Shown piece by piece: positions 38,455 to 48,423 of a stretch of 55,951 bases of DNA. The stretch is from Dethiobacteria bacterium. GTDB taxonomy: Bacteria > Bacillota > Dethiobacteria > DTU022 > UBA8154. Position 1 is the stretch's first letter. The number at the start of each line of letters is the position of its first letter. The notes below the pieces were generated by a model. That model did not search any database. It was not told where the DNA came from and saw only the letters and a list, made by a program, of their open reading frames with translations. Location of the stretch: contig JBMNNS010000003.1 of the NCBI GenBank assembly GCA_050942625.1, positions 1-55,951 of the forward strand, given 5' to 3'. Both the position numbers and the translations under genes were made by a program.

Positions 38455-38934
38455 ATGGCTTTAAGAAATATACGCAGAAAGGGCGATCCTGTCTTGCGGG
38501 AAAAGGCAAGTCGTGTTCGCCGGATAACTTCTAAATTATATCCCCTGTTAGATGACATGGTCGAAACAATGATCGAGGCTCAAGGCGTAGGCCTTGCTGC
38601 CCCACAGGTAGGTATCTCCAAAAATATTATTGTTGTCAGGAACAAAGAAAATATCATGGAATTTATCAATCCGGAGATAATTGACAGCGAGGGTGAAATT
38701 ACGGATATTGAAGGCTGCCTTAGCATTCCGGGTATTTATGGAGAGGTCCCCCGTTCTGCTAAGGTAAGAGTAGAGGGGCTGGACAGGGAAGGAAAGCTGA
38801 TCAAAATTGAGGCTGAAGGTTTTTTCGCCAGGATTTTGCAACACGAAATTGACCATCTACATGGAATATTGTTTATTGACAGGGCTATCAGGCTGTTAAC
38901 CCCCGAAGAAATAGAAAAAAACCAGGTAAAGTAG
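38455..38934 (+). CDS. def: peptide deformylase
   Basis: GVGLAAPQVG, EGCLS and QHEIDH motifs. Confidence 0.96.
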   Translation: MALRNIRRKGDPVLREKASRVRRITSKLYPLLDDMVETMIEAQGVGLAAPQVGISKNIIVVRNKENIMEFINPEIIDSEGEITDIEGCLSIPGIYGEVPRSAKVRVEGLDREGKLIKIEAEGFFARILQHEIDHLHGILFIDRAIRLLTPEEIEKNQVK

Positions 38935-38976
38935 GGGTGGTTTTGAGCTGCCCCGCAAACCCGAGGAGTGATCTAA

Positions 38977-39933
38977 CTGGCACAACTTAACCTTGTCTTT
39001 ATGGGAACCTCCCCATTTGCACTTCCGTCCCTGGAAAGGTTGCATCAAGGTAACTTCCACCTCGAGGGTGTAATTACCAGGCCGGATAGCTACGCGGGAA
39101 GGGGGAAAAAACTCATAATTTCCCCCGTAAAGGAAAAAGCACTTCAATATGGTTTAAACCTTTACCAGCCGCAAGGGCCGGAACAATTACTGGAGGTCTT
39201 GCGTACCTTAAATTTCCAGGTGCTTATTAATGTTGCCTACGGACTGTTTTTACCTGGCACTATTTTGCAACTACCCCCCCTGGGATGTGTAAACCTTCAT
39301 CCGTCTTTGCTTCCCGCATACCGGGGTGCGGCCCCCATACAAAGGGCCCTGCTTGCCGGGGAGGAAACCACCGGGGTAACCGTCATGTACATGTCGCCCC
39401 GCCTCGATGCGGGTGATATAATTTTACAGGAAAAGGTTGACATTGGCCCGGAAGAAAATTATGGTTCCCTTCACGATCGGCTGGCAAAAACGGGGGGTGC
39501 CCTGCTGGAAAAAGCTCTAACCCTCATTGCCGGTGGCAGAGCCCCGCGTCGCCCACAGGACGAGGAAAGGACTACCTATGCCCCGCCTTTGTCCCGGGAG
39601 GATGAAATAATCAGCTGGCCTGATCCTGCACGAAAAATATTTAACCAGATCCGTGCCCTCGATCCAGCACCCGGAGCTTATACTATTTACCGGGGCAAAC
39701 GGCTCAAAATTTGGAAAGCAGCTGCCGGGGAAGTTCAGAGCCTTAACCTCAAAGAAAACCAGGGCCCCATTACGCCAGGGACAATTCTCTCTGTAAACGA
39801 CGATACCTTTCAGGTCGCTACGGGCCAGGGAGCACTGACCGTTTTGGAGCTGCAATTGGCAGGCAAAAAAAGGATGCCTGTTTCAGAATTTCTAAGGGGC
39901 AATAAGTTGAAGGCTGGTGAAGGGTTTGGATGA
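38977..39933 (+). CDS. fmt: methionyl-tRNA formyltransferase (CTG start)
   Basis: LVFMGT, NLHPSLLPAYRGAAPI and LDAGD motifs. CTG at 38977 follows GAGGAG and an in-frame TAA. Confidence 0.95.
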   Translation: MAQLNLVFMGTSPFALPSLERLHQGNFHLEGVITRPDSYAGRGKKLIISPVKEKALQYGLNLYQPQGPEQLLEVLRTLNFQVLINVAYGLFLPGTILQLPPLGCVNLHPSLLPAYRGAAPIQRALLAGEETTGVTVMYMSPRLDAGDIILQEKVDIGPEENYGSLHDRLAKTGGALLEKALTLIAGGRAPRRPQDEERTTYAPPLSREDEIISWPDPARKIFNQIRALDPAPGAYTIYRGKRLKIWKAAAGEVQSLNLKENQGPITPGTILSVNDDTFQVATGQGALTVLELQLAGKKRMPVSEFLRGNKLKAGEGFG

Positions 39934-40690
39934 TCTTTTTGAAACCAGTTTTAAAGCTAAAAAAAGAATCTTTCTCGGGCTTTTATTGATAACAGTTTTA
40001 TTACTATTTTTCCTCATAGCATATTTTATCCTCTTCCCCCGGACCCTGGTATCATGGCTAATTTTAAAAGGCATTACTATTTTAGCTTTTCTCTGCATAC
40101 TTTTTTTAATAGGGGGGCTATTAGCGATTGTTTTGCTCATTTTCAATAAACGCCCTTTTCCTACCTTGTTATGGTTTATTGACAAAACATTGTTTTTACT
40201 TTTCCCCCTTGTTATTCAAGTTGGTCGTTTTTTACATATTACCCAGGACAAAATCCAGCGCTCCTTTATAGAGGTTAATAACCAGCTTGTTAAGTCCAGG
40301 GAATTGAGCCTTGGCAGCAGTGAATTAATGCTCCTCTTGCCTCACTGCCTGCAAAACAGCAACTGTACACATAAAATTACTTATGACGTAAACAATTGTC
40401 GCCGCTGTGGTTGCTGTCAAATTGGTGATATCCTGGCTATTGCTGAGGCAAAAGGAATTAAGGTAGCGGTTGTGACAGGGGGGACTCTGGCCCGGCGTGC
40501 AGTCCAGAAGCACGCACCTCGGGCTCTTGTTGCCGTAGCCTGTGAAAGGGATCTCACCAGCGGCGTTCTCGATGTTTTTCCCTTGCCCGTTATTGGCGTG
40601 GTTAATGAAAGGCCCCAGGGGCCCTGTTATAACACGAAAGTAAACCTGCCGGCGTTGGAAAAGGCCCTGTATTATTTTTTAAAGGCCTAG
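39917..40690 (+). CDS. DUF116-family protein
   Basis: LLPHCLQ, CRRCGCC, TGGTLAR, VACERDL and GPCYNT motifs; N-terminal TM helices. Confidence 0.85.
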   Translation: MKGLDDLFETSFKAKKRIFLGLLLITVLLLFFLIAYFILFPRTLVSWLILKGITILAFLCILFLIGGLLAIVLLIFNKRPFPTLLWFIDKTLFLLFPLVIQVGRFLHITQDKIQRSFIEVNNQLVKSRELSLGSSELMLLLPHCLQNSNCTHKITYDVNNCRRCGCCQIGDILAIAEAKGIKVAVVTGGTLARRAVQKHAPRALVAVACERDLTSGVLDVFPLPVIGVVNERPQGPCYNTKVNLPALEKALYYFLKA

Positions 40691-40710
40691 CCTGTTAAAG
40701 GAGGGGTAGG

Positions 40711-41349
40711 ATGCCAGCCTTCTTGTTCATATTTATTTTATTGCCCGTCCTGCTCTTTTTATTCATTAGTTTACTATTTTTGCCCTTCCGGTTTGCTATT
40801 TATTCCCTTCTAAACATCTTTACCATTCCGGTTTTACTTGTAAAAATTGTCATTAACCCTAAATTAAGGGCCAACCACGCCCTTGAACATGCCACGATCA
40901 ATGTCATGGAGGAGAATTTTGGTTGCCTGAACCTCTCCGGCCAGGGGGAGGAAAATGGTTTTGTTATTCAAGGTGCAGTTGATCCCCACCATCTCATAAA
41001 TGCTGCCAGGGTTGGTTTAAGCAGGCTAAAAAACGGCGAAAAAAATTTAGCGATCCACAGGCGTTGTGGAACAAGTATCCTTGCTGCAAACCTGCTCTCA
41101 TCGATCCTGATCGTTTATTTACTTTGGAGCATTGGCTATTTTGGCTTTTTCTATATCTTGCTGGCCCTTTTTGTTGCCCAGCTTTTTGGTCCCGCGCTGG
41201 GAGTCCTTCTCCAAAAATTTGTAACCACCTCTACCAGGGTGGACAATTATGAAATAGTCGGTATTGAAGGGGCAACGATCTTCAGTGGCGGTTTTGTAAC
41301 CCCGGCAGGGCAGCGCTATTTTATTCGAACACGTCAATATGGAAATTGA
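40711..41349 (+). CDS. DUF6391-like membrane protein
   Basis: RANHALEHAT and LAIHRRCGT motifs; SD AAGGAGG. Confidence 0.7.
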   Translation: MPAFLFIFILLPVLLFLFISLLFLPFRFAIYSLLNIFTIPVLLVKIVINPKLRANHALEHATINVMEENFGCLNLSGQGEENGFVIQGAVDPHHLINAARVGLSRLKNGEKNLAIHRRCGTSILAANLLSSILIVYLLWSIGYFGFFYILLALFVAQLFGPALGVLLQKFVTTSTRVDNYEIVGIEGATIFSGGFVTPAGQRYFIRTRQYGN

Positions 41350-41365
41350 TCTGGGAGCTAAATCC

Positions 41366-42742
41366 ATGAAACCTTCTGATAAAAAGGAATCAAGAAAACA
41401 ATTATCTTCCCGGGAAGCCGCACTAAAAGTTCTCAAAGAAGTGGAGGATGAAGGCGCTTATGTAAACCTTGTCCTAAACCGGGTCATCGCCAGGTTCCCC
41501 CTTCCGGATCCGGAGCGATCCCTTTTAACGGAACTTTCTTACGGCGTTTGCCAGCGTTTAAATACACTTGATTGGGTTTTAACCCTTTATCTTGATCAAC
41601 CCCTGCAAAAACTAACTGCCTGGATCCGCAATATTTTAAGAATGGGTGTTTACCAGATACTATACCTGGAAAGGATACCGGATGCAGCAGCCGTCGATGA
41701 ATCTGTAAAATTAGCATACCGTTATGGCCACAGGGGTGTTGCCGGGCTGGTAAATGCCGTCCTTAGAAAAATAAGCAAAAAAAAGGGAGAATTACCCTGG
41801 CCCTCCCTGGAAGAGAGCACAAAAGAATACCTCTCCTTATACTATTCTTATCCCCTCTGGATGGTAAGTAGATGGTTGGATAACCTTGGCCTGGAAGAAG
41901 CAGAAGCCCAATGCGCCGCGGGCAACCTTGTTCCGCCCTTAACGGTTCGAGTCAACACCCTGCGTATTACGAAAGAGAAGCTAAAAAATATTTTGCAGGC
42001 AGAGGGGGTAAAGGTTTCAGAATGCCTTTATGCCCCGGAGGGGCTGGAATTAAAGCTTTCAGGCAAGTTAGCGGAACTAGGCAGTTTCAGGGAGGGGTTT
42101 TTTCAGGTCCAGGGTGAATCTTCCATGCTGGTTGCCCCCCTTTTAAACCCCCAGCCGGGGGAAATAGTTTTGGACTATTGCAGCGCCCCAGGCGGGAAGA
42201 CAACGCACCTGGGTATACTAATGCGCAACGAGGGCACTATTGTAGCCACTGATCTTTACCCTCATCGTTTGGAACTTGTTGGAAAAGCAGCCCGGCACCA
42301 GGGGGTAAACATTATTTCGACAGAAAGGCTGGATGGCCGCCAGCTTCCAGTTGAAAAACGTTCCCTTTTTGATCGTGTTCTTCTCGATGTTCCCTGTTCA
42401 GGCCTGGGGGTAGTTCGCCGTAAACCGGATTTAAAGTGGACCAGAAGGCCGGAAGATATCATAGCCCTTGCAGAACTTCAGTTTCAACTACTTCAACAGG
42501 CTTTTACTGCTTTAAAAGACGGCGGGGTTTTAGTTTATAGTGCTTGCACAACTGAGCCTGAGGAAACAACTGCTATTATCACCAAATTTCTACAAAAGGA
42601 ACCTGCAGCCCAAAGGGTTATGCTGGCCCCTTTTTTACCTCAGGAATTAAAAAAAGAAGAAAAGGAGGAGGGTATGCTTTTTCTTAGTCCCCAGAAACAT
42701 GGGCTGGACGGTTTTTTTCTGGCCAAAATAAGGAAAATATAA
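41366..42742 (+). CDS. rsmB: 16S rRNA m5C967 methyltransferase
   Basis: NusB-like N-terminus; CSAPGGKT, DVPCSGLG, YSAC and DGFF motifs. Confidence 0.93.
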   Translation: MKPSDKKESRKQLSSREAALKVLKEVEDEGAYVNLVLNRVIARFPLPDPERSLLTELSYGVCQRLNTLDWVLTLYLDQPLQKLTAWIRNILRMGVYQILYLERIPDAAAVDESVKLAYRYGHRGVAGLVNAVLRKISKKKGELPWPSLEESTKEYLSLYYSYPLWMVSRWLDNLGLEEAEAQCAAGNLVPPLTVRVNTLRITKEKLKNILQAEGVKVSECLYAPEGLELKLSGKLAELGSFREGFFQVQGESSMLVAPLLNPQPGEIVLDYCSAPGGKTTHLGILMRNEGTIVATDLYPHRLELVGKAARHQGVNIISTERLDGRQLPVEKRSLFDRVLLDVPCSGLGVVRRKPDLKWTRRPEDIIALAELQFQLLQQAFTALKDGGVLVYSACTTEPEETTAIITKFLQKEPAAQRVMLAPFLPQELKKEEKEEGMLFLSPQKHGLDGFFLAKIRKI

Positions 42743-42813
42743 ACCAAAATATTTACTGAAGATGGAAACACCCTTTAATCCATCCTTACTCCAGAATAGT
42801 AGGACAATTTTCG

Positions 42814-42842
42814 TTGATCTTCGTCTTTATTTTTGTTATACT
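42814..42842 (+). promoter_or_regulatory. sigma-A promoter upstream of prpC
   Basis: TTGATC-17 bp-TATACT with TG extension. Confidence 0.55.
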
Positions 42843-42879
42843 TACCCTGATAAGGTAGCGGAAAAGTGAGGGGGAGACG

Positions 42880-43623
42880 ATGGTAAAATACTCTGTCCGG
42901 TCTCACCGGGGGTGCGTTCGGGAAAAAAACGAGGATCGTTATTTTGTCCCCCCTGAAAATGGACCGTTTATTTTTGCTGTAGCCGATGGCATGGGTGGGC
43001 ATGTTGGCGGAGAAGTGGCCAGTTCACTAACAATCGAGATCCTTGGGAAAAAGGTAATGAATGGAGCTAAACAGATCCGGCAGTACAATTTGTTGCAAAT
43101 GAGGGATTACTTAGAGCAAATAATACAGGATGCCAATGAAAGCATAGTTTTATTTCAGGAAAAAGAACCGGAATTGAGAGGAATGGGAACCACTTTAACC
43201 GTGGTTGTTTTATTTAAGAAGGAAATATTGGTAGGGCACGTTGGCGATAGCCAGGTTCACCTTTTTAGCCAGGACAGACATTTACAGGTAACGGAGGACC
43301 ATTCACTCGTGATGGAACTCTTAAAAAAAGGCGAAATCGGCCCGGAAGAAGTTCTAACCCATCCCCAGCGCCATTTTCTAATCAGGGCCCTTGGAACAGC
43401 CAATTTACTGGAAATTGATTTTTACGTTAACGATATAGAAGACGAAAATTATCTTCTTCTTTGCACTGACGGGCTGACCTCCATGCTAAAACCTGCGGAA
43501 ATTAAAGAAATTATTTTTAAAAATAACGATTTGGAAGCAACTGCTGATGAACTACTTAATAAAGCTAATGAAGTTGGCGGACTGGACAATATTACTTTTA
43601 TCTTATTTCAATTACAGGGATAA
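42880..43623 (+). CDS. prpC: PP2C Ser/Thr phosphatase
   Basis: NED, VADGMGGH, GMGTT, VGDS, CTDGL and DNIT motifs. Confidence 0.93.
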   Translation: MVKYSVRSHRGCVREKNEDRYFVPPENGPFIFAVADGMGGHVGGEVASSLTIEILGKKVMNGAKQIRQYNLLQMRDYLEQIIQDANESIVLFQEKEPELRGMGTTLTVVVLFKKEILVGHVGDSQVHLFSQDRHLQVTEDHSLVMELLKKGEIGPEEVLTHPQRHFLIRALGTANLLEIDFYVNDIEDENYLLLCTDGLTSMLKPAEIKEIIFKNNDLEATADELLNKANEVGGLDNITFILFQLQG

Positions 43624-43625
43624 GG

Positions 43626-45509
43626 GTGGAAACAAGGGTGAACGAATTGTTTGGCAGAATACTAGGGAATCGCTATAAAATTTTGGAAAAGGCCGGAGAA
43701 GGTGGAATGGCCAGGGTTTATAAGGGAATTGACCTTAAATTAAATCGCCATGTGGCCATCAAAGTTCTCCATCAGCAGTTTGCCGGCGATCCGGAATTTT
43801 TGCGTCGTTTCCAACAGGAGGCAAAAGCAGCTGCAAAACTATCCCATCCTGCAATTGTGAATGTCTATGATGAAGGTGAACAAGAAGGAATCCATTATAT
43901 TGTGATGGAATATGTCGATGGTTATACCTTGAAGGACACAATTCTTCGCCAGGGGCGTCTGGAACCCATGGAGGCAACCCGGATAGCACTGCAGGTCTGC
44001 GATGCTATCGTTCATGCCCATAGCCAGGGTGTGATACATCGTGACATTAAACCCCAAAATATTCTGATCACGCCGGAGGGCAGGATTAAAGTAACCGATT
44101 TTGGAATTGCCCGTGCTACTGCAGATTCTACGATTACCTATGGCAAATCCCTTTTGGGGTCCGTTTATTATTCTTCCCCCGAACAGGTCAAGGGAAACAA
44201 TACCGACCAAAAATCCGACATTTATTCTTTAGGTATCGTTCTTTATGAAATGTTAACAGGTAAGGTCCCTTTTTCCGGGGAAAGCCCTGTATCCATAGCT
44301 TTAAAGCACCTGCAGGAAGAAATTACCCCCCCGGGGAAAATAGTTCCAGATCTTCCTCCCGGCTTAGAGAAAATTGTTTTAAGGTCTACAAACAAGGATC
44401 CTGCACTGCGTTATGATAATGCTATAGGGTTCAGGGATGATCTTGAAAGCTGGTTTGAAAGCCGGAACAAAACTATTTTTTTAAATAATACCTACATCGA
44501 TAAAAACAAATCGCATGATTTTCAAAACGGGCAGGAAACGAAGGAAGAGGAGCCGGATAAGGTGGTACGCAAAAATAAAACCCCCAGAAAAGTTGTGCTC
44601 TATACTTCAATTTTTGCAGTAGTTTTTTTAATGGCCTTTCTAGGGTATAACCTGCTTTGCAAATTGCTGGTAGTCCCAGAGGTTACTGTTCCGGATCTTA
44701 CCGGTATGAGCCTGAAAAATGCAGAAGAAGAACTTTCCAGGTGTGGCCTGGATTTTACTATTGCCGGGGAAATAAACAGCGATGACATCCCCGTAAACCA
44801 TGTTGTATCCCATGATCCCCCGGGTGATAGGAAAGTACGCAAGGAAAGAATAATAGAACTTTATCTCAGCTCAGGGCCTTCTTATATTGAGGTGCCTTAC
44901 CTGCTCGGTAAAACCGAATTGGAGGCACGTTATATGTTGGCCGATCGCGGCCTTGAAATCAGTGTTGCAGAAGAATATAATGGTGAAGTTGCCCCTGGTT
45001 ATATTGTACGGCAGAGCCCCAGCAGCGATTTTCAATTATCTGCAGGGGATACTGTACATATTGTAGTCAGTATGGGTAAACAGCCTTTTTCCTTAAGGGA
45101 TTTTCAAGGTTGGTCTCTTGAAGACGTCAAAGAATGGTTAAACCGATATGAACTTATTTTACAAAATGTTGATGAGGAGTTTTCTGATGAGTTTGAGGAG
45201 GGCAAGGTAATTTCCCAATTTCCCTCCAAAGGGGAACTGGTGAGGGCCGGCGACTCCGTCACCCTTGTTGTCAGCAAGGGGAAAGAACCCGGCACTTCCA
45301 AAACCTACCTTATTCCCTTTCAGCCCAGGGTAGCTATGGGCCAGCTCATCAGAATTTATGTCGAGGACGAGGAGGGAACCAGGACCGTTTTTGAAGGGAT
45401 CTATGGAGGCCAGGTTTTTAATGTGGAGGGAACTGGCTCCGGCAAAATCGTCCTCATGGAACAAAGAGATGATGACTACTTTACTATTGAAACCAAAATA
45501 TTTCCATAA
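43626..45509 (+). CDS. prkC: PASTA-domain Ser/Thr kinase
   Basis: GEGGMA, HRDIKPQN and DFGIA motifs; one TM helix; three PASTA repeats. Confidence 0.95.
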   Translation: METRVNELFGRILGNRYKILEKAGEGGMARVYKGIDLKLNRHVAIKVLHQQFAGDPEFLRRFQQEAKAAAKLSHPAIVNVYDEGEQEGIHYIVMEYVDGYTLKDTILRQGRLEPMEATRIALQVCDAIVHAHSQGVIHRDIKPQNILITPEGRIKVTDFGIARATADSTITYGKSLLGSVYYSSPEQVKGNNTDQKSDIYSLGIVLYEMLTGKVPFSGESPVSIALKHLQEEITPPGKIVPDLPPGLEKIVLRSTNKDPALRYDNAIGFRDDLESWFESRNKTIFLNNTYIDKNKSHDFQNGQETKEEEPDKVVRKNKTPRKVVLYTSIFAVVFLMAFLGYNLLCKLLVVPEVTVPDLTGMSLKNAEEELSRCGLDFTIAGEINSDDIPVNHVVSHDPPGDRKVRKERIIELYLSSGPSYIEVPYLLGKTELEARYMLADRGLEISVAEEYNGEVAPGYIVRQSPSSDFQLSAGDTVHIVVSMGKQPFSLRDFQGWSLEDVKEWLNRYELILQNVDEEFSDEFEEGKVISQFPSKGELVRAGDSVTLVVSKGKEPGTSKTYLIPFQPRVAMGQLIRIYVEDEEGTRTVFEGIYGGQVFNVEGTGSGKIVLMEQRDDDYFTIETKIFP

Positions 45510-45528
45510 AATATAAGGGGGAGTTTTA

Positions 45529-46410
45529 CTGGAAGGACGCTTAGTAAAAGCAAAGGGCGGGTTTTACTTTGTCCGGGATCAGGAAGGCAGGATCATTCGC
45601 TGCCGGGCCAGGGGGCGTATCAAAGGGGAGGGCAAATCCTTGATGGTGGGTGATCTTGTCGCGATCAAGGATATGGGTAAGGATGGAAAGGTTATCGATT
45701 ATGTTTATCCACGCCGGAATGTACTTTTACGACCTTCTGTTGCCAATCTTGATCAGGCAATCGTACTGTTGTCTTTCTGTTCCCCTCCGTTGGATCTGTT
45801 TCTTTTGAGCCGAATATTAATTACTGTCGAAGCGATGGGGGCAGAGGCTGTTATCTGCTTGAATAAGATGGACCTTGTCCCTGAGACCAGGCAGTTCCAG
45901 GTTGATGGCCTTGTCAAAACTTTTCAGGATTGTGGTTACCCGGTGATCCTCACCAGTGCTGTTACAGGAAAGGGCCTCGACGAATTCAGGGCCGTGTTGC
46001 AGGGGAAGGTAAATGTGCTTGCAGGGCCCTCCGGGGTTGGTAAATCCACCCTTATTAACAAGATTAAACCAGGGCTTAAGCTTGTTTCTGCGCCTGTAAG
46101 CGAAAAAAGCCGGAGGGGGCGGCATACGACTACCCATGTAGAACTTTTAAATTTGGATAGCAGCACCTTTATAGCTGACACCCCCGGTTTTCAAAGGTTG
46201 CATTTAACAGGAATTTCATCAGGGGAGCTTTCTTCGCTATTCCCTGAGATGCTGCCTTACCTGGGAACCTGCCGTTTTGCCGACTGTCTTCACAAGGCAG
46301 AACCTTATTGTGCTGTAAAAGATGCTTTGCAAAGAGGGAAAATAGCCCCCTGGAGGTATGAACATTATCTTCTTTTTTTAGACGAAATTCTGGAAAAAGA
46401 AAAAATATAG
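45529..46410 (+). CDS. rsgA: ribosome small subunit-dependent GTPase (CTG start)
   Basis: EGRLVKAKGGFYFV...CRARG OB-fold start, NKMD, GPSGVGKS, GRHTT, DTPGF and CRFADCLH motifs. CTG at 45529 follows AAGGGGGAG; in-frame TAA at 45514. Confidence 0.95.
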   Translation: MEGRLVKAKGGFYFVRDQEGRIIRCRARGRIKGEGKSLMVGDLVAIKDMGKDGKVIDYVYPRRNVLLRPSVANLDQAIVLLSFCSPPLDLFLLSRILITVEAMGAEAVICLNKMDLVPETRQFQVDGLVKTFQDCGYPVILTSAVTGKGLDEFRAVLQGKVNVLAGPSGVGKSTLINKIKPGLKLVSAPVSEKSRRGRHTTTHVELLNLDSSTFIADTPGFQRLHLTGISSGELSSLFPEMLPYLGTCRFADCLHKAEPYCAVKDALQRGKIAPWRYEHYLLFLDEILEKEKI

Positions 46411-46461
46411 TAGGCTAATGGAATACAGACAAAAATAGCTTTTAAGGGTGAATCTATAAAA

Positions 46462-47130
46462 ATGATTAAAGTTGCGCCATCTATCCTTTCTGCCGACTTT
46501 GCCTGTTTACTGCAAGAAGTGAAAGCAATGGAATCTGCCGGGGCCGATTGGCTGCATATTGACGTAATGGACGGCCATTTTGTGCCGAACATTACCATGG
46601 GCCCCCTGGTTGTGAAAGCTCTAAAGGATCGGGTGAATCTTTTCCTGGATGTTCATCTTATGGTTTCGGAACCTGGAAATTTCTTGGAGGATTTTTACAG
46701 GGCCGGGGCCCAGATGCTTACTGTGCATGTAGAATCCTGCCTGCACCTGCACAGGGTAATCCAGGCAATCAAAAGGCTGGGCTGCAAGGCGGGGGCAGCT
46801 TTGAACCCTGCTACCCCGCTTACTTGTCTGGACTATATCCTGGAGGATCTTGACCTAGTGTTAATTATGTCCGTTAACCCTGGTTTTGCCGGACAGGATT
46901 TTATCCCTGCCGTTTTGCCCAAAATAAGGGCTTTGGCAAAGGAAAAGAAAAAAAGGGATCTGGATTTTATGATCGAAGTAGATGGCGGTATCAATCAAAA
47001 AACAGCACCGGGAGTGATAGAGGCGGGAGCCAACGTATTGGTTGCCGGCTCTGCTCTTTTTCAGGCTCCCGAGCCTGCACATTTAATCAAAGCTTTTAAG
47101 ATGTTCCCGGCAAGAGAAAAGAAAGTTTAG
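46462..47130 (+). CDS. rpe: ribulose-phosphate 3-epimerase
   Basis: APSILSADF, HIDVMDGHFVPN, MSVNPGF and VDGGI motifs. Confidence 0.96.
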   Translation: MIKVAPSILSADFACLLQEVKAMESAGADWLHIDVMDGHFVPNITMGPLVVKALKDRVNLFLDVHLMVSEPGNFLEDFYRAGAQMLTVHVESCLHLHRVIQAIKRLGCKAGAALNPATPLTCLDYILEDLDLVLIMSVNPGFAGQDFIPAVLPKIRALAKEKKKRDLDFMIEVDGGINQKTAPGVIEAGANVLVAGSALFQAPEPAHLIKAFKMFPAREKKV

Positions 47131-47256
47131 AAAATAATTATTATATGTTATTTTGCATTATCTTGTGTTATAATGGATCTGGGAGCCTCAGGGGGTTACC
47201 CCCGTGGAGTATTTCTAAAATGATCAAGTAAAACTGGAGAGGTGATTAAAACCAAA

Positions 47257-48423
47257 ATGGATTCAGACGAACGATTTATGTGGGTGGCTCTGGATCTTGC
47301 CCGCCAGGGAAGAGGGAAAACAAACCCGAACCCCATGGTAGGCGCTGTAATTGTTAAAGAAGGAGAAATTGCCGGCACCGGTTTTCACCGTAAGGCGGGG
47401 GATAGACATGCTGAAATTATCGCCCTGGAAGAAGCAGGAGAGAAGGCACGGGGTGCTACCATGTATGTTAACCTGGAACCCTGTTCACATTATGGCAGGA
47501 CACCACCCTGTGTTGATGCCATTATCAACGCTGGCATCCGCAAGGTAGTAGTTGCCGTCGTCGATCCCAATCCCCTGGTTGCAGGCCGGGGTGTCCGAAA
47601 ATTAAAAGAGGCGGGTATTAAGGTTAAGGTTGGTGTTTTGGAGGATAAAGCAAGGCGTTTGAACGAGGTTTTTTTCAAGTATATTACGACTAAAACCCCT
47701 TTTGTGATCGTTAAATCAGCCATGACATTTGATGGAAAAATAGCAACCGGGGGAGGAAAATCCCGTTGGATTACGGGGGAAAAATCCCGTGAATTTGTGC
47801 ACCGTTTGCGTTCCCGGGCTGATGCTATAATGGTAGGCATTAATACCGTTCTTAAGGACGACCCCTTGTTAACAGTGCGCCTTCCCGGCGGCGAAAAAGG
47901 CCGCAACCCTGTCAGGATTATCGTTGATAGCAGGGGAAAGCTCCCCCTTAACGCCAGGGTAGTCACGACTATCCCGGAGGCAAGGACGATCCTTGCTACC
48001 ACAGAATATGCCCCGGCTGACAGGTTGGCAGACCTGAGTGCGGCAGGGGTTGAAATTCTGGAGCTGCCCCTGAAAAATAACAGGGTAGATCTAAATGTGC
48101 TCATGTCCGAACTTGGAAAAATGGAAATTAGTATGCTTATGGTAGAAGGGGGCGGAAACCTGAACTATTCCCTTCTTGAAGAAAACCTGATTGACAAGGT
48201 CTATTTTTTCATTGCCCCCCTGCTCTTTGGTGGGAAAAATGCTCTTACCCCCTTTGAGGGGGATGGTATCCCCAGAGTGGAAGATTCCTGGATAATCAAT
48301 GATGTAGAAATGAAACAATTCGAAAACGATCTGCTGCTTATCGGTTATCCTGCGAGGAGGGAAGAAATTGTTTACAGGGATAGTGGAGGAATTGGGGGAA
48401 ATATTAAGTCAGCAGCATTATAG
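47257..48423 (+). CDS. ribD: riboflavin biosynthesis deaminase/reductase
   Basis: PNPMVGA, HAE, LEPCSHYGRTPPC and VEGGG motifs. Confidence 0.95.
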   Translation: MDSDERFMWVALDLARQGRGKTNPNPMVGAVIVKEGEIAGTGFHRKAGDRHAEIIALEEAGEKARGATMYVNLEPCSHYGRTPPCVDAIINAGIRKVVVAVVDPNPLVAGRGVRKLKEAGIKVKVGVLEDKARRLNEVFFKYITTKTPFVIVKSAMTFDGKIATGGGKSRWITGEKSREFVHRLRSRADAIMVGINTVLKDDPLLTVRLPGGEKGRNPVRIIVDSRGKLPLNARVVTTIPEARTILATTEYAPADRLADLSAAGVEILELPLKNNRVDLNVLMSELGKMEISMLMVEGGGNLNYSLLEENLIDKVYFFIAPLLFGGKNALTPFEGDGIPRVEDSWIINDVEMKQFENDLLLIGYPARREEIVYRDSGGIGGNIKSAAL

